Shown here: positions 29,498 to 39,544 of the stretch, piece after piece
Position numbering within the stretch: the first letter of the stretch is position 1
How the letters are laid out: each line of letters starts with the position of its first letter
Assembly: GCA_024275995.1 (NCBI GenBank)
Contig: JAJRYB010000019.1
Location: 2,728-66,727, forward strand
Direction of reading: 5' to 3'
DNA length: 64,000 nt
Source: Planctomycetota bacterium
GTDB taxonomy: Bacteria > Planctomycetota > Phycisphaerae > SM23-33
The notes under the pieces: model-generated
What the model was told of the DNA's origin: nothing
The model's input: the letters and a program-made list of their open reading frames with translations, nothing else
Database searches by the model: none
Program-made: the position numbers and the translations under genes

Positions 29498-30436
29498 ATG
29501 AAGAACGCCAGGAAATACGAGAAGAAGGTCAAGAAACTGCTCAGCGGCGCACCGAAGAAGCGCCCGGCGAGCCCCACCATCGTCGACCCTGTCCGTGTGC
29601 TGATCGAGGGCATCCTTCAGGCGGACGCCACGGACGCACAGGCAGCCGCGGCGATTGAGGCACTGGAGCAGGAATTCGTTGATTTCAACGAGCTGCGCGT
29701 CTGCCATATCAAGGAAATCGCCGAGCATTTCGGTAAGGACTTCCCTTCCGCCGGCGACAAGGCGGAAACGCTCAATAAGGCACTGAACGGGATTTTCCAC
29801 AAGGTCAGCAAGGTTTCCATGGATTACATGGCCGAGATGACCAAGCGAGATCTGAAGCGCCACCTGGCGGAACTGGGACTCGACAATTACGCGGTGGCGT
29901 ATGTGACGCTGATGGCGTTCGACGGGCACGCCATCCCGGTCGACCAGACACTGGTCGAGTGCCTGGAGATTGGCGAGTACATCCCGGCCTCCAGCAGCAT
30001 CGAAGACGTCCAGGGTTTCCTGGAGCGCATCGTCAGCCAGAAGAACGCCCTTTCCGCACACCGGGCGCTGAGGAAGTTCGTGGAAACCTCCTCCAAGGCT
30101 CTCGCAAGGAAACGCAAGGCGGACGAGAAACGTCGCATGAAAGAAGCCGCCGCCCGCGCCAAGGCGGAGCAAGAGGCTCGCGAGGCAGCAGAAAAGGTCA
30201 GGGTGGAAAAGGAACGCAAGAAGAAAGAGCGTCTCAAGGTCGAGAAGGCCAAAGCGAAGACCAAAAAAGCCAGGAAGACGGTGAAGAAGGTTGTGAAAAA
30301 GGTCGTGAAAAAGGTTGCGAAAAAGGCCGTGAAAAAAGTTCGCACCGGTGGGAAGGCCCGGCAGAAGGCTGCTCGCAAGCCGGTCGCGGCGAAGCGGAAA
30401 GTAGCGAAACACAAGAAAACGTCCTCCCGGAAATAA
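29498..30436 (+). CDS. Degenerate HhH-GPD (endonuclease III-like) fold protein with a Lys/Ala/Val-rich, histone-H1-like C-terminal tail
   Basis: FVDFNELRV and HAIPVD motifs, with tail KKVVKKVVKKVAKKAVKKV. Confidence 0.75.
   Translation: MKNARKYEKKVKKLLSGAPKKRPASPTIVDPVRVLIEGILQADATDAQAAAAIEALEQEFVDFNELRVCHIKEIAEHFGKDFPSAGDKAETLNKALNGIFHKVSKVSMDYMAEMTKRDLKRHLAELGLDNYAVAYVTLMAFDGHAIPVDQTLVECLEIGEYIPASSSIEDVQGFLERIVSQKNALSAHRALRKFVETSSKALARKRKADEKRRMKEAAARAKAEQEAREAAEKVRVEKERKKKERLKVEKAKAKTKKARKTVKKVVKKVVKKVAKKAVKKVRTGGKARQKAARKPVAAKRKVAKHKKTSSRK
30281..30340 (+). repeat. 12-bp coding tandem repeat, five copies (VKKV/AKKA)
   Basis: gtgaagaaggtt gtgaaaaaggtc gtgaaaaaggtt gcgaaaaaggcc gtgaaaaaagtt. 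Confidence 0.85.
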
Positions 30437-30457
30437 GACCGACGGAAAGACATTCCC

Positions 30458-31345
30458 ATGGTGCACAAGACCGAAAATGACAAGCTCGTGCTGGGAATCC
30501 CCAAGGGTTCTCTCCAGGAAAGTACACTGAACCTGTTCGAAAGGGCGGGCTATTCGATCCGCGTATCTTCGCGGGGATACTTCCCCACGATCAACGACGA
30601 CCGGATGTCCGTGATCATGTTCCGGGCCCAGGAGATGAGCCGCTATGTCGAGGACAACGTCGTCGACGTCGGGCTGACCGGTTACGATTGGGTGCTGGAA
30701 AACGGTTCTGACATCGTCGAGGTGACGGACCTTCTGTACGCCAAACAGAAGCTCACGCCCGTCCGCTGGGTGCTGGCGGTTCCGGAAGAAAGCCCGGTCA
30801 CCAGGCCCGAGCAGCTTGACGGGGGGATCGTGGCGACGGAACTTCTCAACGTTACGAAGAAGTACTTCCAGGACAAGGGTCTGAACGTGAAGGTCGAGTT
30901 CAGTTGGGGCGCAACGGAAGTCAAGGCGCGCCTGCTGGACGCGATTGTCGACGTCACGGAGACCGGAAGCAGCCTGCGAGCGAACAAGCTTCGCGTGATC
31001 GACACGATCCTGACTTCCTCCACGCGCCTCATCGCCAGTAAAGAGGCCTTCGCCATCGACTGGAAATGCAGGAAGATCGAGAACATCGCCCTGCTTCTGA
31101 AAGGCGCCATCGAGGCGAGGGAGAAGGTCGGCCTGAAGATGAATGTACCCCGCAAGTCGCTCGAAGAAGTCGTCTCACTTCTCCCGGCTGAGAAAAGCCC
31201 CACCGTCTCCAGCCTCGCCGACGAGAACTGGGTTGCGATCGAGGTGATCGTGGAAGAGAAGATCGAGCGTGACCTTGTTCCGCAGCTCAAACGCGCCGGC
31301 GCCACGGGTATTATCACGTATCCGCTTAACAAGGTGATCCCCTGA
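30458..31345 (+). CDS. hisG: ATP phosphoribosyltransferase (long form)
   Basis: LGIPKGSLQ, D.GLTGYDW, GATE, DVTETGSSL.AN.L and a C-terminal regulatory domain (SPTVS). Confidence 0.96.
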   Translation: MVHKTENDKLVLGIPKGSLQESTLNLFERAGYSIRVSSRGYFPTINDDRMSVIMFRAQEMSRYVEDNVVDVGLTGYDWVLENGSDIVEVTDLLYAKQKLTPVRWVLAVPEESPVTRPEQLDGGIVATELLNVTKKYFQDKGLNVKVEFSWGATEVKARLLDAIVDVTETGSSLRANKLRVIDTILTSSTRLIASKEAFAIDWKCRKIENIALLLKGAIEAREKVGLKMNVPRKSLEEVVSLLPAEKSPTVSSLADENWVAIEVIVEEKIERDLVPQLKRAGATGIITYPLNKVIP

Positions 31346-34300
31346 TGCCAAATGCAGGACCACGTCCGTTTATTTTTTTGGCGGGCTTATTTGCCGCCGC
31401 GACGCTCGTCTTTGTAACGGGATGCGAGCCCAAAGAGCCCAAAACAACCTCCGCGCCGCAGGTCAGTCCGGAGACGATGCCGGCCGAGGCGACTGTCCCG
31501 CTCGATCAGTTGATGCCGCCCATCCCCACCCCTTCCCCCGCGAAAGAGGTCGAAAAGCTTCCGACCCAGGCGCAAAAGACCGTCGAACAGGCCGAGGCAC
31601 TGCTCGCCAAAGGCAAGCACGCCCAGGCGATGGCGAAGTTCGAACGTGCCGTCGGATTCGCCCCGAACAGCGCGCGTATCCGTCGCGGACTCGCCCTTGC
31701 CTACTGGGGCATGGAGAACTACGGAAAGGCGCAGGAGAACCTGGAAAAAGCCCTGAAAGTCGCACCCGACGATCAGAAGGCGCAACTGCTCCTGGGACAA
31801 CTTTACGCCGGACAGAAACAGTATGCCGACGCCATTCGGGCGTATCGCACCGCGCTTGTGTGCTCGGGGGCCGCGGAGAACGACTCTCTTACCGGTGAGG
31901 CGATGTTCCGCCTGGGAGTAATACTGGGACGCGAGGGATATTACCGGGCGGCATTGGACAGCTATACGCGCCTGGGCGCTCTTATCGAAAAACACGGGCG
32001 GCTCCTGGCGGACAATCCAGCCCTCAAACCACTGGTCCTGGAACCGGCGCGCCTCTTTACCGAACGTGGCCGCCTGCTCATGAAGCTTCATCGGCCCGAG
32101 GAGGCGGCAAAGCTGCTGGCCCGCGCTCACAAGCGGGACCGCACGAATTTGCGAACCGCCCGTCTGCTCATGACGGCGACGATTGCCTCCGATCGGCCGG
32201 ACCGTGCGGAAAAACTGCTTATCGAGATGGCGGCGGTGCCTGCGCAACGTCCGCAGCTGCAGGTCTTCGTCGAGGCCCTGGTCGCCAAGACGAAAGACTT
32301 CTCACTTCCGCGCCGCTTCTGGCGCGCCTGCCGCGAGAAGAACGTCATGACGCCGTCGCTGGCGCTTGCCCTGGCGTCGCTGGCGGAAAGCGCCGGTTCG
32401 CGCGACGAGGCGTCGGAAATACTCAAGGTCCTGCTCGATGAGAACCCATCCAACGTCGCCGCCGCTCGCATGCTCGTGCGGATGTACGCACAGAACGGCA
32501 AGGCGGACAAGGCGATGGGGCTGCTGGCGCGAACGATAGCCGACAATCCAGCCGCCACGCAGACCGTCCGGGGAGGCCTGAACGAACTGGTCTCGATCGG
32601 TCTTGCAGATGATTTCGAACGCCGCTTCGCCCAGTCCATCGAGGGCGAAAAGCTGGAAATCCGACACGCTTTGCGCTACGTGACGGGCGTTCTGGCGGCG
32701 CGCCGTGGTAAAAAACTCCTCGCGACGCGACAGTTCCAGCGATCGATCGACCTGCTGGAAAACTTCCTGCCGCCATACGACGCACTGATGGACATTTACG
32801 TCCAGCGGGGACGTCGGGATCAGGCCACCGCCCTGCTGAAGCGCATCAGGAAACTCGGCGGAAAGGGCTACTTTTATCCGTACGCCCAGGGGAAGGCTGC
32901 TCTTGGTGACGGTCGTCTGGCGACGGCGATGGAGAAGCTCAAGCTCGCCCACAAACGGAACAAACGCCACCTGCCGACGGTAATGCTTCTGGCGAAGGCT
33001 TATGTCCGCTCGGGACAACCCAAGCAGGCGACGGACGTTTTGTTCAGGGCGATTCAGGACAATCCGGACGAAGTGGAAGTCTACCGCCGATTGTTCGACC
33101 TGTGCATGACGGGGCGCAACTACCAGGCGGCGACCGCCGTCGCAAGCAGGCTCCTCCAGCGCCAGCCCGGTAACGCCAACGGACGGATTATGCAGGCGCG
33201 AGTGAGCATCGCACGAGGTAATCGTGACGAGGCGAAGAAGATCCTGGACGAGATACTCCGAAAGGCGCCCGCGAACGCCGAGGCGAAAATCCTGTCGTTG
33301 AAAACGAACCTGAACCTTTCCGGAGGGATGCTCTTTCGCAGGGATTACGATTCAGCCGTCAAAACGCTCGATAAAATCGTCCGCATGGACCCGCGCAACA
33401 CCGACGCGCGTCGCCTTCTGATCGAATTGCATTTCAGCGCAGGACTGTTCGATCGGGCGGCGGTGTCGCTCGCACAATTGCACCAGGCGACGCCCCGCGA
33501 TACGGCGACGATGCGGGCTTACGTCCTGGCCCTCATGCGCTCCGGGGAGTACAAGTCGGCCAGGCAGGTAATCGCAGACGCACTGAAGCAAAACGGTGAC
33601 GACGCCATTTTGCGACGAAGCATGATCCGTGTCCTGGGGAGACTGGACGAACACAAAAAGGCGGTCGGACTGGTTAAGGAATGGCTGGGAAAGACAACCA
33701 GCAACCCGTCGAAGCAGCTTCTTCGCCTGACACTGCTGGAGGTTCTTACGCGCGACGAAAAGTACGATGCCGCGACGGTAGTGCTGGACGACTGGTACGC
33801 CGAGAGCAACGATGACAGTCAAAAGCGGGCCTTGAAGATCGAGAAGGCGCGACTGCTCACCGAGGCGAAGAAATACGACGAGGCTCAGAAGTTGCTGGAC
33901 AAGATGATCGCCGGGGAAAAGAACCCGAAAAATCTCCGTCGCCTTCGCCTCCGCAAAGCGAGGACGTTCGGGCTGGATAAGGAATTCGCCGAGGCGCATA
34001 AGATTCTCGATGCGCTGATCGAAGATGCGGACGCGGACGCAGAGGAAGAGGAAATCGCGCGTTCGACGAAACTCGTCATGTACGCCCAGGCGAAGGACTT
34101 CGCAAAAGCGGAGGAATTCGCCAGCCGGTGGATGACCGAATCGCCCGATTCGTTGACGCCGCAACAGATGCTGGTAGCTATCTTCGTGGATGCGGAAAAA
34201 TACGCCGAGGCGCTCGAGCACGTCGCAAAGTGGACGCCGAAAGAAGGCGCGACGAGCAGGCCTGCGAAGCTCGACAAGGTCCAGCTATGGGCCTGCGAAA

Positions 34301-34992
34301 TGCGCGTCCGCCTGCTCATGATGCAGCGCAAGTTCAAGGTCGCCCTGGAACTCGCCGAAAACTACGCGAAACTAGCGCCGAAAAACTACGAATTGCTCGG
34401 GCTTGCCTCTTCGTGCCTCTCGGAACTGGGACGACACAAAGAGGCGATCAGCATGATGGAAAAGTCGCTCGATGTAGTCACGGCCAGGCTGCGCAGCGAG
34501 CGCGACGGCAAGAAACGCCGCATGCTCGGAATGGACGTCGCATCGACGCAGAACAACCTTGGGTACATGTACGCCGAGCGGGGCGTGAACCTCAAGAAGG
34601 CCCAGGAGCTTCTGAGCAAGTGTCTGCTGGTCCGGCCGGAGATTACCGCCTACCAGGACTCGATGGCGTGGATTCACTACATGCAGGGCAGGTTCCGCGA
34701 ATCGGGACGGAGGCTGCAACGCCTGGTCGAGCGGAAAGAGGACGAGAATTCGCCTGAGCATCCGGTCATATACGATCACGCCGGGGACGTGTTTTACAGG
34801 CTCGGCTGGACCGGCAAAGCGCTGGCGATGTGGAAACGTGCGGCCGAGTTGGGCAAGAAAGACAAGAAACCTTCCCCGGACACCAGGCGATTGCTGAAAA
34901 CGCTGCCGGACAAGATTCGCGATTTCAAGCGCGGTCGTCGCCCCGAAGTCGCACCCACCGCAGAGGAAATGCAGTCGCGGAACAAGAAGTAG
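31345..34992 (+). CDS. Large TPR-repeat lipoprotein
   Basis: Lipobox VTGC and many TPR helices. The C-terminal NNLGYMYAE..YQDSMAW..DHAGDV is typical of periplasmic TPR proteins. Confidence 0.88.
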   Translation: MPNAGPRPFIFLAGLFAAATLVFVTGCEPKEPKTTSAPQVSPETMPAEATVPLDQLMPPIPTPSPAKEVEKLPTQAQKTVEQAEALLAKGKHAQAMAKFERAVGFAPNSARIRRGLALAYWGMENYGKAQENLEKALKVAPDDQKAQLLLGQLYAGQKQYADAIRAYRTALVCSGAAENDSLTGEAMFRLGVILGREGYYRAALDSYTRLGALIEKHGRLLADNPALKPLVLEPARLFTERGRLLMKLHRPEEAAKLLARAHKRDRTNLRTARLLMTATIASDRPDRAEKLLIEMAAVPAQRPQLQVFVEALVAKTKDFSLPRRFWRACREKNVMTPSLALALASLAESAGSRDEASEILKVLLDENPSNVAAARMLVRMYAQNGKADKAMGLLARTIADNPAATQTVRGGLNELVSIGLADDFERRFAQSIEGEKLEIRHALRYVTGVLAARRGKKLLATRQFQRSIDLLENFLPPYDALMDIYVQRGRRDQATALLKRIRKLGGKGYFYPYAQGKAALGDGRLATAMEKLKLAHKRNKRHLPTVMLLAKAYVRSGQPKQATDVLFRAIQDNPDEVEVYRRLFDLCMTGRNYQAATAVASRLLQRQPGNANGRIMQARVSIARGNRDEAKKILDEILRKAPANAEAKILSLKTNLNLSGGMLFRRDYDSAVKTLDKIVRMDPRNTDARRLLIELHFSAGLFDRAAVSLAQLHQATPRDTATMRAYVLALMRSGEYKSARQVIADALKQNGDDAILRRSMIRVLGRLDEHKKAVGLVKEWLGKTTSNPSKQLLRLTLLEVLTRDEKYDAATVVLDDWYAESNDDSQKRALKIEKARLLTEAKKYDEAQKLLDKMIAGEKNPKNLRRLRLRKARTFGLDKEFAEAHKILDALIEDADADAEEEEIARSTKLVMYAQAKDFAKAEEFASRWMTESPDSLTPQQMLVAIFVDAEKYAEALEHVAKWTPKEGATSRPAKLDKVQLWACEMRVRLLMMQRKFKVALELAENYAKLAPKNYELLGLASSCLSELGRHKEAISMMEKSLDVVTARLRSERDGKKRRMLGMDVASTQNNLGYMYAERGVNLKKAQELLSKCLLVRPEITAYQDSMAWIHYMQGRFRESGRRLQRLVERKEDENSPEHPVIYDHAGDVFYRLGWTGKALAMWKRAAELGKKDKKPSPDTRRLLKTLPDKIRDFKRGRRPEVAPTAEEMQSRNKK

Positions 34993-35012
34993 ACGCAAAG
35001 GAGACAGAGGAG

Positions 35013-35765
35013 ATGTCGGGACATTCCCATTGGGCGAAAATCAAGCGGGCCAAGGCGTCCACCGACGCCAAACGCGGACGAATCTGGAGCAAGCTGGCGC
35101 GCAGAATCATCGTAGCCGCCAAGAGCGGCGGCAATCCGGACGACAACCTCCAGCTTCGATACGCCATTGACGACGCCAAGAGCGCCAACATGCCCAACGA
35201 CACGATCACCAAGGCGATCAAGAAGGGCACGGGCGAGCTGGGCGCCGCGAACTACGAGCAGGTCCTGTACGAGGGATACGGGCCCGGCGGGGTGGCGTTC
35301 CTTGTCGATAGCCTCACGGACAACCGCAACCGGACCGCGCCGGACATGCGGAAGCTATTCGAACGGGCCGGCGGGCAACTCGGCGCAAGCGGGTGCGTCG
35401 CGTGGATGTTCGAGCAGAAAGGCACTTTCGTCGTCTCATCAGAAGCAGCGGACGAGGAGACGCTCATGGAGATCGCCCTGGAAGCCGGCGCCGACGACGT
35501 GACGGCAGAGGGCGACATGTTCGAGATCATCTGCCGACCGGCCTCGTTTTCCGAGGTGAAGGCGGCGCTGGCAGGCAGGGAAATCGAAACCGTCTCCGCG
35601 GAGGTGGCGATGGTCCCGAAGAACCGCGTCACCGTCGATGCGAACGTCGCACGGAAGGTCCTGGCCCTCATGGAAGCGATGGAAGACCACGACGACGTGC
35701 AGAACGTCTTCGCTAATTTCGATATTCCAGACGAAATCCTCGCCGAGGCGGATGCGGACGGATGA
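35013..35765 (+). CDS. YebC/PmpR family protein
   Basis: MSGHSHWA.IK, YEGYGPGGVA, TDNRNRT and DHDDVQNV. Confidence 0.96.
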   Translation: MSGHSHWAKIKRAKASTDAKRGRIWSKLARRIIVAAKSGGNPDDNLQLRYAIDDAKSANMPNDTITKAIKKGTGELGAANYEQVLYEGYGPGGVAFLVDSLTDNRNRTAPDMRKLFERAGGQLGASGCVAWMFEQKGTFVVSSEAADEETLMEIALEAGADDVTAEGDMFEIICRPASFSEVKAALAGREIETVSAEVAMVPKNRVTVDANVARKVLALMEAMEDHDDVQNVFANFDIPDEILAEADADG

Positions 35766-35815
35766 AACCCGCCGGACGCCCCGGGCCATGACGACATGAC
35801 AAAAACTTTCATCTC

Positions 35816-36313
35816 ATGAAAATCGGAATTGTATCTGACACGCATGGCCGCGCTAATCGCCTCCGCGAGGCGATGGACGCCTTCAGGCAGCGCCACGTCG
35901 AGGCGATTGTTCACTGCGGGGACATCGGCTCGCATGATTGTGCGAAAATTCTTGGTTCGAGCACCGCCAAAGCCTACGCCGTCGCCGGAAACATGGATCG
36001 CAACACAGCCCGATTGGCGAGGGAAGCGAAAGCGGCGGGGGTTACGCTGTCATGGGAGGTCGTCGAAGTCCCCCTCGGAAACGGCCGGGCACTCGCAGCC
36101 ACGCACGGACACGATGGGAAAATCCTCTCCGAACTGGTCCGCTGCGGACAGTTTCCTTACGTCTGCCACGGACATACACACGAAAGCAGGGACGAGCAAA
36201 TCGGACCGGTGCGCGTGATCAATCCTGGCGCTCTGCACAACTCAGCCGTCCACACCATCGCCGTGCTGGACACGCAGACGGATACGCTGGAGAGCATCGA
36301 ACTGAAACGCTGA
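35816..36313 (+). CDS. YfcE-like metallophosphoesterase
   Basis: SDTH, HCGD, GNMD, THG, GHTH and INPG. Confidence 0.93.
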   Translation: MKIGIVSDTHGRANRLREAMDAFRQRHVEAIVHCGDIGSHDCAKILGSSTAKAYAVAGNMDRNTARLAREAKAAGVTLSWEVVEVPLGNGRALAATHGHDGKILSELVRCGQFPYVCHGHTHESRDEQIGPVRVINPGALHNSAVHTIAVLDTQTDTLESIELKR

Positions 36314-36352
36314 CGGGGGCAGTACAGCCTTTCCATGCCGTCACGCCGAAAT

Positions 36353-37171
36353 TTATTCCATCCCGTTTTCTTCGCGTTCGAGGCTGAAATATTTGTTCTT
36401 GATCCCGTAGGCAGCTTCGCCTTCGCCGCGTGCGAGCGAGATCAGGATGGACCCGCTCGGCAGCTTCCCGCCGTGGGCTTTGGTGCCAAGCGCCAAAAGG
36501 TAGTTCACCCAACGATCGTTCGGCATCATGCAATCGTGGCGTGCATACTGAATGATACCGACGGAATTGAAAGGTTCGTTCCGCGGGTCCGGCACGTCGA
36601 CAAGCGGTTTCGTGAAAACCAGCCAACGTTCGCGCCGCCCAAGGGGATGCATCCCGAAAGCAATATTCTGCTTTCCGTTCAGGGTTTCCCGGCTGATCGC
36701 ATCGTCGGATCGATGCGGCCAGGTTGCGTTGATTACGGAAGGTGGTTCGAATCCCGTGGTGAAATAGGTCAGTACTTGTGAACGCGCCTGCCATATGCCG
36801 ATAAAAACGTATTCCGATCCGATTTCACGATCCAGCGTTCGCAGAAAATTCGTAGCGGCTTCCCGCGGATCGGACGATTCTCCGAAGGCCTGGCTGAACT
36901 CGCGCCTGACGTTCTCCCCGGCTGATTCGTCGAAAGGGTACAGGACAACGATTCCCGTTACGTCCTCTGCCAGCGACAGCGAAAAACAACCCGTCCGCGA
37001 GGTGTCGTCCTTACCGAAACCGACCGCCACTTGCAGGCCCGGCAGGTGCTCCTCGCGCAGGATCAGCCCGGGGTGGTGGGCACCGGCCAGATCTGGCACG
37101 GCGATAGGGGCCTTGGTCTCGTGTCCCTGCGACGTTTCTCTCTTCATGGAACCTGTTTCGTGACTGGCCAT
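36353..37171 (-). CDS. Hypothetical protein resembling a degenerate SpoIIE/PP2C phosphatase domain
   Basis: The spacing FIGIW..LTY...G..P ... WLVFTKPLVD....NEPF mirrors the SpoIIE fold, but the catalytic Asp motifs are missing. Confidence 0.55.
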   Translation of the reverse strand: MASHETGSMKRETSQGHETKAPIAVPDLAGAHHPGLILREEHLPGLQVAVGFGKDDTSRTGCFSLSLAEDVTGIVVLYPFDESAGENVRREFSQAFGESSDPREAATNFLRTLDREIGSEYVFIGIWQARSQVLTYFTTGFEPPSVINATWPHRSDDAISRETLNGKQNIAFGMHPLGRRERWLVFTKPLVDVPDPRNEPFNSVGIIQYARHDCMMPNDRWVNYLLALGTKAHGGKLPSGSILISLARGEGEAAYGIKNKYFSLEREENGME

Positions 37172-37380
37172 GATCGGTCTCCTTTACCGAGCGGTTTGCT
37201 CACACTTGACATAACGTCCCACACTTGAAACGAGTTCCTCAATTACATACGGAACCACCGATCGTCTCGAATCGTTTTTATGGAGGAAGTATGAAGCTGC
37301 GTCGAGGTGTGATGGTCCGTTCGTTACGATGCTGTGCGGTACACCCTCGGCAATCGAACCTGAAGACAGGGAGACGAATC

Positions 37381-37941
37381 ATGCGATACGCGATATGTCT
37401 GACGGCGATTACATTTGTAGTCCTGTTGGCGTCCGGCTGCGGGAAATCGGAACCGGTCGGCGGCGTTGTGGGGCTGTATGAAAAAGCCCGCGTCGAGTCT
37501 CTCGCGCCTGACATCCCGTTTACTTCCATTTCCGGTAAACAGAGGATGCTTCACCGCGTAAGCCAACCCATCGAGATACTCGCCTTCGTCAGTTCGCCCG
37601 GCGATATTTGTTGCCGCCTCGAGCCTGCCCTGGTCACGGCGGCCAGCCGGTTCCGATCGCTGCCCGTTTCGGTGATACAGGTGTCGGTCCCCGAGGGTCA
37701 ATGCCCACATGGTCCGGGATGCACCGAGACCTGCAATATCGACAAGGGACGCCTCATATCGTTATGCGATCCGGACCGCATCGCGTGGAAGGCCTATGGC
37801 CAGGCGGCGCCTGACAGCGTTTTTCTCGTCGGAGAGAACCGGAGGATCATTCAGCGGGGAACGTTGGATTCCATCGGTCCGATCCTTGAAAAGGCCGAAG
37901 CGCTCGGCAGAGCTGTCCAAAAACGTTACGAGGGCGGCTAG
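37381..37941 (+). CDS. Cys-rich lipoprotein, possible thioredoxin-like fold
   Basis: Lipobox LASGC. The pattern PFTSISGK...CDPDRIAWKAYG..P..VFLV...II..G resembles the AhpC/TlpA fold. Confidence 0.7.
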   Translation: MRYAICLTAITFVVLLASGCGKSEPVGGVVGLYEKARVESLAPDIPFTSISGKQRMLHRVSQPIEILAFVSSPGDICCRLEPALVTAASRFRSLPVSVIQVSVPEGQCPHGPGCTETCNIDKGRLISLCDPDRIAWKAYGQAAPDSVFLVGENRRIIQRGTLDSIGPILEKAEALGRAVQKRYEGG

Positions 37942-39422
37942 TCCCGCTGCACGAAGCTTTCCGTATCGTCGCTTGCGGTCCATTCGATAGCAAGGACCGT
38001 GACGTCGTCTTCAGGCCGGCCCGACGTACGTAATTGAACTTCGCGCATGATCGTTTCGACCTGTTCGGAAAGGCCCAGGCCGGCGCTTTCCAGAATGACT
38101 CGTTCCAGTCCACTCGTAGCGAGCATGTTCGCAGGCGCACCGGCCTCGATGACGCCGTCGGTGAACAGGAACAACCGGTCCGATGTCTTGAGGGCGACCG
38201 ATTCGGTGGACCAGTGCACATCGCGCAAGGCGCCTATCAGCGGTCCGGTAGGCTCCAGCCGGCGAATATCCCCGCCGGACAGCAGCAGTCCACCGGGATG
38301 CCCCGCCGCGCAGTACGTCCACGTTCGCCGGCCCGGCTGCCAGATGCCCACGCACGCGGTGACGAACCGCCCTTCGGTTACGCATTCGATCAGGTCCCTG
38401 TTGACCAACGATATCGCCTCGGCGATATCGTCCTGCTCGGAAAGCCTGCGATGGAGGGACATCTTGACGACACCGGTGAGCAGCGCAGCGCTGACGCCGT
38501 GTCCGGAAACGTCGAGTATCGCAAACGCGATCTTCCCGTCGGGAAGGGCGAACACGTCGTACAGGTCGCCGGCTACCTGTTCGGCGGGTCGATAATCGGC
38601 CTCGATGGTAATACCTTCCATCGCCGGAAGCGAAGTCGGAAGCAGGTTCTCCTGTATCCGCCTGGCGCTTTCCATCTCGGCGACTTGACGGTTCTCGTGC
38701 CTTTCCAATTCGTCCGCCATGGCGTTGAAGCGTTCGATGAGCAGGCGGATTTCCGACGGTCCGGATGTCTCCGCACGCGCGGAGAAAATCCGCGCCGACC
38801 ATTTACCGGCTACGCTCGTCAACGACTCGATCGGTCGAAGGGACCAGAAATGTATCGCGAGGAATATCAGTACGATTATAGCCAGCGCCGTAGCGCCCGC
38901 CGTTGCAGCCCGGCTGAGCAGTTGCGCGCGGAGGATGGTTTCCACATGGTCGAGATATTGCGCCAGTACGATCGTTGCGCCGTCGTCGTCCGTTATACGA
39001 ACCTGCGCAAGCCTGTGATTGCCGACGTTCAGGACTTCCTTTTCCCCGGCGGAGAGGATCGCACGTTCGACGGCCGGACCGCTATGCTGACGAGCGCCGG
39101 CAAGTACGCGCCCGTCGCTTCCCAGCACGAGGATGTGATGGCCCGGTGATATGTGCTCGTTCATCTGTGCGCAGAACGCGTTGATGTATTCGGCGAACCG
39201 TGCGGGATCGGCTATATACCTGCGTGCTACCTGCAACGCGCGGGCCTGCTCGATGAGCGACGATCGAAGCCCCGCCATATGGACCTGATATTCGCGACGA
39301 TAGTCCAGGTACATCCCGATCCCCGTGGTCGTCAGAACGATTCCGACCAGGGCGAGAGTAAGCCTCATCCTAAGCGAGCCGCGAACCTTCGGGCGCGGCG
39401 ATTTGTTGTCGGAGGAGTTCAT
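37938..39422 (-). CDS. Membrane HAMP-domain SpoIIE/RsbU-type Ser/Thr phosphatase
   Basis: Two TMs, a HAMP domain (E...L...FNAMA), A..IQ..LLP, GDLYD, DVSGHG, FTDGV.E and DDVT. Confidence 0.93.
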   Translation of the reverse strand: MNSSDNKSPRPKVRGSLRMRLTLALVGIVLTTTGIGMYLDYRREYQVHMAGLRSSLIEQARALQVARRYIADPARFAEYINAFCAQMNEHISPGHHILVLGSDGRVLAGARQHSGPAVERAILSAGEKEVLNVGNHRLAQVRITDDDGATIVLAQYLDHVETILRAQLLSRAATAGATALAIIVLIFLAIHFWSLRPIESLTSVAGKWSARIFSARAETSGPSEIRLLIERFNAMADELERHENRQVAEMESARRIQENLLPTSLPAMEGITIEADYRPAEQVAGDLYDVFALPDGKIAFAILDVSGHGVSAALLTGVVKMSLHRRLSEQDDIAEAISLVNRDLIECVTEGRFVTACVGIWQPGRRTWTYCAAGHPGGLLLSGGDIRRLEPTGPLIGALRDVHWSTESVALKTSDRLFLFTDGVIEAGAPANMLATSGLERVILESAGLGLSEQVETIMREVQLRTSGRPEDDVTVLAIEWTASDDTESFVQRD

Positions 39423-39544
39423 AAATATGGATCGGGCGCATTACGCACCCGTTCGACATGCTGAACGATTGACTGTCCTGTTTCGTTGCATTCGGCGTGC
39501 GGCCCGCGCAGATATACCGTGCGGGATCGCATCGAGCGGGCGTC

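Noticed and set aside
36741..36760. GGTTCGAATCCC, resembling a tRNA T-loop
   Set aside because: No acceptor stem, D-arm or anticodon arm around it, and it lies inside a CDS.
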